Source: Candidatus Bathyarchaeota archaeon (lineage in GTDB: Archaea > Thermoproteota > Bathyarchaeia > TCS64). Taken from it: a stretch of DNA of 22,921 nt. Made by a program: the position numbers and the translations under genes. This document shows, in pieces, positions 1 to 7,106 of the stretch. The stretch is taken from positions 1-22,921 of the forward strand of contig JBDRQD010000071.1 in the NCBI GenBank assembly GCA_043826455.1. The letters run 5' to 3'. Numbering within the stretch: the first letter of the stretch is position 1; every line of letters begins with the position of its first letter. Below the pieces are notes generated by a model. The model saw only the letters and a program-made list of their open reading frames with translations, had not been told where the DNA came from and did not search any database.

Positions 1-59
1 CTCGGCCACTCCGGGTCGTAGTCCACTATCACGACCCTGACTTTTGGAGCCACGCTCAT
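1..59 (-). CDS. GrpB/UPF0157-family nucleotidyltransferase-like protein, N-terminus only (runs off the window)
   Basis: Manual translation of the minus strand from ATG at 59 gives MSVAPKVRVVIVDYDPEWP. The 'IVDYDPEWP' motif is the typical GrpB N-terminus. Divergent from the EamA gene. Confidence 0.7.
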   Translation of the reverse strand, partial: MSVAPKVRVVIVDYDPEWP

Positions 60-114
60 CCCTACTCCTACGCGTGCTTATGTTTTATACATTGATGCGC
101 GCATCCATGGATGT

Positions 115-990
115 ATGGAGGATAAACCCGGGTTCTCCCCCAACCTGGCTATTCTGGTGAGCATCGCCGCGGTGTCCACGGCGTCCATCCTCATACGGTT
201 GAGTGAGGCGCCTCCTATCACCATAGCGGCCTACAGGATGGTACTCTCCACCCTCATCCTGGCGCCCTTCTACGTGAGGGGCGGGGGCCTGAAGGGGCTT
301 AGGGACATGGATGGGAGACGACGCCTCAGCCTCGTAGCCATAGGCGTGGTCCTGGCGGTCCACTTCGCGTCGTGGATCACCAGCCTCAGCCTCACCAGCG
401 TCGCCAGCTCTGTGGTCTTCGTCCACATTGACCCCATCTTCGTGGCGCTGGTGAGCCACTTCCTCCTGGGGGAGAGGGTGACGCGGAGGACGGCCCTAGG
501 TATAGTCATTGCCTTGGCGGGGGCCACCCTCATCGCCCTGGGGGACATGGGGGCGGGGGCCGGAAGCCTGTACGGGGACGCTCTGGCTCTTGTTGGGGGC
601 GTCATGCTGGGCATATACATCCTCGGGGGCAGGCACTTACGGCAGAGCTTGGACCTGGTCTCCTACGTGACCCCCGTCTACGCCACTGCCGCCCTGGTGC
701 TGCTGGCGGCGTCTGTGGTCCTGGGGGTCCCCCTGACGGGTTACCCCGCCTTCGAGTACATCATTTTCTTGGCAATAGCCGTGGTCCCCATGATCTTCGG
801 GCACACTGTGTATAACTGGGCGCTCAGGTATGTGTCCGCGCCCATAGTGTCCCTGAGCCTTCTGGGGGAGCCCGTGGGGGCCAGCCTCCTGGCGTACCTA
901 ATCCTGGGGGAGGCGCCGGGCCAGATGGTGGTCCTCGGCGGCGCTGTGACCCTGGCCGGGATACTTGTGAGCGCCTACAGGCCGGAGTAG
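115..990 (+). CDS. DMT/EamA-family transporter
   Basis: 291 aa with about 10 hydrophobic segments and two EamA repeats (HF..WITSL..TSVASS; GHTVYNWALRYV...LGEPVGA). TTTTATA lies at 83-89 upstream. Confidence 0.92.
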   Translation: MEDKPGFSPNLAILVSIAAVSTASILIRLSEAPPITIAAYRMVLSTLILAPFYVRGGGLKGLRDMDGRRRLSLVAIGVVLAVHFASWITSLSLTSVASSVVFVHIDPIFVALVSHFLLGERVTRRTALGIVIALAGATLIALGDMGAGAGSLYGDALALVGGVMLGIYILGGRHLRQSLDLVSYVTPVYATAALVLLAASVVLGVPLTGYPAFEYIIFLAIAVVPMIFGHTVYNWALRYVSAPIVSLSLLGEPVGASLLAYLILGEAPGQMVVLGGAVTLAGILVSAYRPE

Positions 991-1141
991 AGGCTGATAC
1001 GATGCGTCACCAACAAAACACGTCTATTTTAGCTAACTTTGACGCGTTGAAGCTATTCTCCCAGAAGGTTTAAAGGAATCACAGCCCGATTCTACGCCAA
1101 TAGCAGACGAACGAGTAGCCCCGACGCCTGAGTGAGTTCTA

Positions 1142-2398
1142 TTGGACGCGAACGTCATCGTAATCCTCGTATCCCTCGCCCTGTTCTTGGCCTACGTCAG
1201 CGGCGTAATATTCACCCACACGGGGGTCCCGGACACCGTGTGGCTGATAGGGTTTGGCGTCCTCTTCGGGCCGGTCATGAACCTGTTCAACGCTGACCTC
1301 CTGAGGCCCATGGCCCCCATCCTGGTGCTGATGGCGTTGAACCTGCTCATGTTCGAGGCTGGCATGAACCTGGACCTCAAGACATTCAAGGAGACCATGC
1401 GGAAGTCCAGCGCCTTGGCGGCCTGTACATTTCTCCTCACCACGGCGTCGGTGGGGTACCTCCTGCACTACATCATGCCTCAGTACTTCAACTACACGCA
1501 GGCGCTCCTGTTCGGTGCCATGATCGGCGGCACCAGCACCTCCACGGTTCTGGGAATCCTTGGCAGCATGCAGAGGTACAGCTCAAACATAGGGGACACC
1601 CGGAGGTTCCTGGTGCTGGAGTCCATCGTGTCTGACAGCCTCTGCATCGTCACCGCCATGACCCTCATGCGCATCATACTGTCGCCCAGTATCCCCCTCA
1701 ATGACGGAATTAAGGACATCGTCTTCGTCTTCACGGTCTCCATATTCATAGGGTTCTGTGTGGGGGTACTCTGGGTCCAGATACTGGACCTCGTCAAGAA
1801 CAGGCCCTTCAACTACATAATGACCATCGCGGCCCTCTTCGTCGCCTACATTGTGAGCGAGGAGATGGGGGGCCCCGGCGCCGGGAGCATAGCCGCCCTG
1901 GCCTTCGGTATTACCCTCACCAACTACCCGCTCCTAGCCAAGCGTTTCGGGCTCCGGGAGAACGTTCGGGTGGAGATGAGGCGGCTGAGGTCCTTCCACG
2001 AGGAGATCACATTCCTCGTCAAGTCCTTCCTGTTCCTCTTCGTGGGGCTGGAGATCACCTTGAACGCCGAGTACCTCTTCCTCGGGCTGGGCATCACGGC
2101 CCTCATAGGAGCGGTGAGAGTAGTGTCCGTGTACATCACGGACTCCATTGTGGACATAAGTGATCTGGAGGTCAGGGTCTCACGACTGATATTCAGCAAC
2201 GGGTTGACCGCCCTCGTCATATCCCAGCTCCCCCTGGTCATAGAGATGCCGCACATGTATTTCCCGGACCCCAAGATATACGTGGACTTGGCTGTCCCCA
2301 TAGTCATGGCCACATCCATGTTCGGTTCCCTGTTCGGCCCGCTGTTTCTGGGGAAGAAGGCCGCCCCTGAGGCCAAGCCCGAGCCGGCCACAGGATAG
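1142..2398 (+). CDS. Cation:proton antiporter (CPA1/NhaP-like)
   Basis: 418-aa polytopic membrane protein with a TTG start. Motifs: GVPD..WLI.FG...GP, LMFEAG, LESIVSD, FH.EITFLVKSF.F.FVG. Confidence 0.88.
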   Translation: MDANVIVILVSLALFLAYVSGVIFTHTGVPDTVWLIGFGVLFGPVMNLFNADLLRPMAPILVLMALNLLMFEAGMNLDLKTFKETMRKSSALAACTFLLTTASVGYLLHYIMPQYFNYTQALLFGAMIGGTSTSTVLGILGSMQRYSSNIGDTRRFLVLESIVSDSLCIVTAMTLMRIILSPSIPLNDGIKDIVFVFTVSIFIGFCVGVLWVQILDLVKNRPFNYIMTIAALFVAYIVSEEMGGPGAGSIAALAFGITLTNYPLLAKRFGLRENVRVEMRRLRSFHEEITFLVKSFLFLFVGLEITLNAEYLFLGLGITALIGAVRVVSVYITDSIVDISDLEVRVSRLIFSNGLTALVISQLPLVIEMPHMYFPDPKIYVDLAVPIVMATSMFGSLFGPLFLGKKAAPEAKPEPATG

Positions 2399-2438
2399 TA
2401 GGTTTCTTATCTCACACAGCCAGACAGTATTGATCTTC

Positions 2439-3650
2439 ATGGCTGACACTGATAGCCTCAAGAAAAGCGTCCAGATGGAAGTGGACGCCCTGATGCCCCA
2501 GCTGAAGAAGCTGAAGGACGATATTGGAGAGAACCCTGAGCTCGGAAGCGAGGAGCACAAGTCCAGCAAGCTCCTGGTGGAGGAGCTGAGGAGACACGGG
2601 TTCAAGGTGGAGCACCCCTTCTGCGAGATGGACACTGCCTTCAAGGCGGTCTACAAGGGTAAAAGAGGGGGACCCGTCATCGCCATCCTGTGCGAGTACG
2701 ACGCCCTCCCGGGCGTAGGCCACGGCTGCGGCCACAACATAATCGGGACAGCCGGGGTTGGAGCCGGTATAGCGGTGAGCAAACTCATGAAGGACCTGCC
2801 TGGGGAGATATGGGTCGTGGGCACGCCCGCCGAGGAGGGCCACGGCCCCTACGGCGGAGCCAAGGTCAGGATGGTGAACGCTGGCGTCTTCGAGGACGTG
2901 GACGTCAGCTACATGATCCACCCCATGACGGGGACTTCCATGGTGACGGGTAACTTCCTGGCCGTCTCAGGGGTAGAGATAGTGTTCAAGGGTAAGACGG
3001 CTCACGCGGCGGCGGATGCCCACAACGGTTTGAACGCCCTCAACGCGGCCGTCCTAACCTACATGGCCATCCACGCCAACAGGCAGCAGCTCCGCCGCGA
3101 CGCCAACGCCGTGGTACACGGCATCATCACGGAGGGGGGTCTGGCAAGCAACATCATCCCCGATAGGGCGGCCCTCAGATTCGGGGTGAGGAGTAGCGAC
3201 ACCAGCTACGTGCCCACCCTGGTGGAGATGGTGGTGAACAGCGCCAGGGGCGCGGCCATAGCGACGGGGTGCACCATGGAGCACACGGTGTCCACGGGGC
3301 TGAAGTCCAACCTCCATAACAAGAAGCTGGAGAGCCTCTACACGGAGGCCTTCGACGATCTGGGCCACGAGTACAGGGACCCCGTTGAGGTTGCAGTCAT
3401 GCCCCCCGGGGGGAGCACAGACTTCGCGGACGTGACCCACGTGGTACCGGGTATTCACCCCATGGTGGGGATAACCCAGGAGGAGATGACTATGCACAGC
3501 AGGGAGTTCGCAGCGGCCACAATGACCCCGGGCGGGGACAAGGGTCTGGAGATTGGCGCCAAGGCCATGGCTATGGTCACGGTGGAGATACTGACAATAC
3601 CCGGGCTGCTGGCGGAGATCAAGAAGGAGTTCGAGGAGAGGCGCCTCTAA
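2439..3650 (+). CDS. M20 metallopeptidase/amidohydrolase (ACY1L2/PM20D2/AbgB-like)
   Basis: Motifs ENPELGSEE, EYDALPG.GHGCGHN, GTPAEEG, MIHP, GKTAHAA, GSTDFADV, H.REFA. The ATG at 2439 is preferred over the TTG at 2430. Confidence 0.92.
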   Translation: MADTDSLKKSVQMEVDALMPQLKKLKDDIGENPELGSEEHKSSKLLVEELRRHGFKVEHPFCEMDTAFKAVYKGKRGGPVIAILCEYDALPGVGHGCGHNIIGTAGVGAGIAVSKLMKDLPGEIWVVGTPAEEGHGPYGGAKVRMVNAGVFEDVDVSYMIHPMTGTSMVTGNFLAVSGVEIVFKGKTAHAAADAHNGLNALNAAVLTYMAIHANRQQLRRDANAVVHGIITEGGLASNIIPDRAALRFGVRSSDTSYVPTLVEMVVNSARGAAIATGCTMEHTVSTGLKSNLHNKKLESLYTEAFDDLGHEYRDPVEVAVMPPGGSTDFADVTHVVPGIHPMVGITQEEMTMHSREFAAATMTPGGDKGLEIGAKAMAMVTVEILTIPGLLAEIKKEFEERRL

Positions 3651-3660
3651 CCCCTTTTAT

Positions 3661-4248
3661 GTGTCATTTCCCCAATCATATCTCATGCCTGAGCCCTTCT
3701 GGGTCAAGCCGCGGTTAGTCAGGCTCCGCGACGGCACGGCTGTAACGCTGCGCCCCGAAGAGAACCGGGACCTGGAGCCCACGTGGAGTATGTTCTCGTC
3801 ACTATCAAAGGACAGTCTACGTTTCTTGCCTATCCAGTTTACCCGGGATAGGGTGGAGGGCTGGTTCAAGGACATCAACTACGAGCGGGCCCTCCCCATC
3901 CTCGCTTTCGTGAAGACGCATGAGGGCGAGAGGATGATAGCCTCCGCGACCCTCGTCTTCAACCAGGCACCCCACGTCAGACACGTGGCCCAGTTCGGGA
4001 TCACCGTCCACGACGACTACCAGAGCAGGGGGCTGGGTACGATCCTGACGCAGTACATGGTTGACATAGCCAGGGAGAGGGGCGTCAAGAAGGTCAGCCT
4101 AGAGGTCCTGGTGGAGAACGAGAGAGCCATAAAGGTATACGAGCGCTGTGGCTTCAAGAAGGAGGGAAGGCTAGAGAAGGCTAGCTGGCACTACCTAACC
4201 AATGCCTTCTGCGACGAATACTTGATGGCCCTGATCCTGGAGGGCTAG
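3661..4248 (+). CDS. GNAT-family N-acetyltransferase
   Basis: Acetyl-CoA-binding motif VHDDYQSRGLGT and N.RAI.VYERCGF.KEG. Start uncertain (GTG 3661 or ATG 3685). Confidence 0.9.
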   Translation: MSFPQSYLMPEPFWVKPRLVRLRDGTAVTLRPEENRDLEPTWSMFSSLSKDSLRFLPIQFTRDRVEGWFKDINYERALPILAFVKTHEGERMIASATLVFNQAPHVRHVAQFGITVHDDYQSRGLGTILTQYMVDIARERGVKKVSLEVLVENERAIKVYERCGFKKEGRLEKASWHYLTNAFCDEYLMALILEG

Positions 4249-5267
4249 TTCTCCAGCCACTCCAGTACCTCGGGGACCCCCACCAGGCTGTCGCCGGGCT
4301 GCACCACAGGGTTCTGCCTTATGGTGAACACGTAGCCGTCCTGGGGCGCCTTCAAGCGCTCCAGCACCTCGAAGGTGCGGGGGCTGTAGACGTAGCCCAC
4401 CTCCTGGCCCTTCTCTACGGTGTCCCCTAGCTTCACAGTGGGGATGAAGACGCCCCCCTTCTGGCTGTGAGCCGCGTACACCTTGGGGTCGGCCCTCCAC
4501 TTGAGCTTCACCTGCTTCCGCGGCAGCTTCACCTTGCCCTTGATGATGCCCAGGTCGATCATGATGTTCTTGAGGCCCTGGTAGGCGATGCCCACGGTCT
4601 CCTCGTCGAAGTAGCCGTGGCCGCCCAGCTCAGGGACGATGGCTGGGACGCCCTTGTCCACGCAGCATGCCCTCAGCGTCTTTCGTCCTCCGTAGGGCTC
4701 CGTCTCCACGTAGAGGATGGGGGCGCTGAACAGCCTGGCCATCTCCTCCGACCGCTGGGCTGTCTCCTGGGGCGCCTTTTCGGAGACGCCGTCGGCCTCG
4801 TAGAAGACCCAGGCCGGGCAGTAGAGGCTGGCAGTGTGGAGGTCCACCACTTCGTCGGCGTGGATGACCAGCTCGGTCCATATCCTGTGGGCCATCCTCT
4901 CGGTGAGTGTGCCGTCGGGCCTGCCGGGCCATATTCTGTTCATGCCCCCGGGCTGGGGGTCGAACATGGTGGCCCTTGTCTTCTCCCTGAAGGCCAGGGG
5001 GTTGGGGAGACAGTAGATCAGTGTGCCCCTTATCTTGGCTGGGTCCAGCTCCGCCATCAGCCGCCTGATGCCCTCCAGGCCCATGATCTCTGAGCCGTGC
5101 TGGGCCACCTGGACGTACAGGGTCTTTCCGGGCATGGAGCCGTGGAGGACGGTGTAGGGCACCTCCAGGCTTTGTCCGTCGGGCCAGAAATCGGGGAAGG
5201 ATAGAACGCTTCTCTTCAGCTCGCCGGGTCCTACGGTTAACCCGGCCACCGTGACGGGTTCACTCAT
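4245..5267 (-). CDS. Succinylglutamate desuccinylase/aspartoacylase (M14-like) family protein
   Basis: Zn ligands QHGSE and DLHT, NR motif (MNRIWPG), catalytic VPELGG, and a C-terminal biotinyl/lipoyl-like barrel (VKLGDTVEKGQ...APQDG). Confidence 0.9.
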   Translation of the reverse strand: MSEPVTVAGLTVGPGELKRSVLSFPDFWPDGQSLEVPYTVLHGSMPGKTLYVQVAQHGSEIMGLEGIRRLMAELDPAKIRGTLIYCLPNPLAFREKTRATMFDPQPGGMNRIWPGRPDGTLTERMAHRIWTELVIHADEVVDLHTASLYCPAWVFYEADGVSEKAPQETAQRSEEMARLFSAPILYVETEPYGGRKTLRACCVDKGVPAIVPELGGHGYFDEETVGIAYQGLKNIMIDLGIIKGKVKLPRKQVKLKWRADPKVYAAHSQKGGVFIPTVKLGDTVEKGQEVGYVYSPRTFEVLERLKAPQDGYVFTIRQNPVVQPGDSLVGVPEVLEWLEN

Positions 5268-5310
5268 GATGAATCCTTGAAACCTTCACCCGTAGAGTAT
5301 TAGAGGTTTC

Positions 5311-5814
5311 TCAGGTGGGCCGCCAGTGGATGCTCTTGGATGTGGTGTACCTCTGCTTTACCTGGAAGCCCATGCCCATGCTGACTATCTCGGGGACGAC
5401 CAGGTCCCTGAACCTTTCGCTGGGATGCCCCAGTTCGATGCCTTCGCATTCGGGGTCCAGGTACAGGTAGAAGGTCTGGCCGCGGAAGGTGACGGCGCCG
5501 TTGTCGCCCCTCTTGTACACAGGCTTGTTGTGTATCCTGAAGGGGAAGAGCCTGCACGCTGTGGGTTTGGTTCCTTGGAGGGTGCATATCCACCTGCCCA
5601 TGAGGGGCTTCTGGAATACGCATCGGCCGTCTGGCTGGTTCCTGAGGTAGGCTTTACCGAGGCCGTACTCCAGGACGCCGGGGCCGTAGAAGTTGGTGAC
5701 GTTCACCATCTCATCCATCTTGAGGGGCACACGGTAGCCTACGCAGCAGTTGCCACAGGCCCTACAGTCCCAGCTGTTCACCTCGGTCCAGGGAACCAGT
5801 GCGCTCTTCCTCAA
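5311..5814 (-). CDS. YkgJ-family cysteine-cluster (CxxCxxCC, Fe-S/Zn) protein
   Basis: CRACGNCC ... RCVF ... CTL..TKPTACRLFPF ... C. TTG start, with a TATA-like TATATA about 30 bp upstream. Confidence 0.85.
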   Translation of the reverse strand: MRKSALVPWTEVNSWDCRACGNCCVGYRVPLKMDEMVNVTNFYGPGVLEYGLGKAYLRNQPDGRCVFQKPLMGRWICTLQGTKPTACRLFPFRIHNKPVYKRGDNGAVTFRGQTFYLYLDPECEGIELGHPSERFRDLVVPEIVSMGMGFQVKQRYTTSKSIHWRPT

Positions 5815-5945
5815 TTTGGTCTAAGGGCTAAGGTATCGGGGGGCTATATATGTACCGCATCCACGAGGCCGGGGCTTCTCGGGTATAACGGCTGCCGTTT
5901 CCATTCATTTAAAAGTTTCAAAGCGGAAATAATGGGTGATAACCC

Positions 5946-6521
5946 ATGAAGAAGCTAAAGGGATCAAAGACCGAGAAGAACCTGCTGAAGGCGTTCGCAG
6001 GTGAGAGCCAGGCCCGTGGCCGGTACACCTACTTCGCCAGCCAGGCCAAGAAGGACGGCTACGAGCAGATACGGGCCATCTTCCTCGAGACGGCTGAGAA
6101 CGAGCTGGAGCACGCCAAGGTCTTCTTCAAGCACCTAGAAGGCGGAGAGGTGGAGATCACCGCAAGCTACCCCGCCGGCAAGATAGGCACCACAGAGGAG
6201 AACCTCCTGGCAGCGGCCGACGGCGAGAAACTGGAGTGGGGGATCCTGTACCCAGACTTCGCCAAGACCGCCAAGGATGAGGGCTTCGATGAGGTGGCTG
6301 AGTCCTTCACAGAGATCGGCGAGGTGGAGGAGGAGCACGAGAAACGGTACCGCAAGCTCCTAGACAACGTGAATAAGGGCACCGTCTTCAAGAGAAGCAA
6401 GGAAGCCAAATGGAAGTGCCGCAACTGCGGATACGTCCACCACGGTAAGGAGGCTCCGGACGAGTGCCCAGCCTGCAAGCACCCCAAGAGCTACTATGAG
6501 CTGATGGCCGAGAACTACTAA
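5946..6521 (+). CDS. rbr: Rubrerythrin
   Basis: AFAGESQA..RY, E..NE.EHA and E..HE.RY di-iron motifs, plus a C-terminal rubredoxin CRNCGY...CPACKHP. Confidence 0.97.
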   Translation: MKKLKGSKTEKNLLKAFAGESQARGRYTYFASQAKKDGYEQIRAIFLETAENELEHAKVFFKHLEGGEVEITASYPAGKIGTTEENLLAAADGEKLEWGILYPDFAKTAKDEGFDEVAESFTEIGEVEEEHEKRYRKLLDNVNKGTVFKRSKEAKWKCRNCGYVHHGKEAPDECPACKHPKSYYELMAENY

Positions 6522-6529
6522 CATAATCT

Positions 6530-6540
6530 ATTCTTTTTTC
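6530..6540 (+). terminator. Probable archaeal oligo-T terminator of rbr
   Basis: ATTCTTTTTTC immediately after the rbr stop codon. Confidence 0.5.
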
Positions 6541-6554
6541 ATTATATGCAAGAG

Positions 6555-6904
6555 CCACTGATACGCGGAAGCATCTCACCGAAGTAAAAGCATGAAGTAT
6601 AAGATGGAATTTTTTTCCGCCTTATACCCTCTAGGACGGTATAAGCCACCAGGCTGAAAACGATACACACGCTATCCACCCGGTAGACCCGAGGGGGGAG
6701 GGGGGGTAGAGCAAGAAAAACCAGAAACAGGTACCCCGCGCCAAAAGGAGCCACAGAACCGGTCCGATGCGATCCCATTCTATGCAAAAACGTCGTCCAT
6801 TCCACACAGAAACACGGTCTATTCAGCACATAAAACACGGCGCAGAGTAAGCGACCTGATGTGCAAAAAAGGTAGGGAGGTATCAATTATTGGAGAATTT
6901 TTCA
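6555..6904 (-). repeat. Dispersed non-coding repeat element, copy A (reverse complement of ~22133-22478)
   Basis: Manual alignment: 6770-6819 matches 22218-22267 at 47/50 and 6611-6645 matches 22395-22429 at 34/35. The G-string 6691-6714 matches the C-string 22323-22344, and 6856-6884 matches 22154-22183. All blocks are collinear. Boundaries are approximate. Confidence 0.9.
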
Positions 6905-7042
6905 CCCATAAAGGGAAACCCACCCAGCGAGGGCCACTCGGCTGACCATGACACCAAACCCGGAACAGAGGCCTCCAATCCTCTACAATCTTGGCTACTA
7001 CCCAAGGCTTCAGGGGCCCGCTATCAAACATGTGAGTTGACT

Positions 7043-7061
7043 AAAAACAATCCAAAAAAAA
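7043..7061 (-). terminator. Probable oligo-T terminator of ileS
   Basis: The minus strand reads TTTTTTTTGGATTGTTTTT about 45 bp after the ileS stop. Confidence 0.5.
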
Positions 7062-7106
7062 GTATGACCGGCCACTGTCATCCCCGGCCCGGAGAAGAGG
7101 ATGAGG

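Noticed and set aside
6542..6886. 114-aa minus-strand ORF (and the 70/82-aa ORFs at 6819-7138) in the first gap
   Set aside because: It overlies the repeat element. The homologous copy B has indels and an early stop (ATA CCC CCC TAC ... CGC TAA), and the composition is unlike real genes here.
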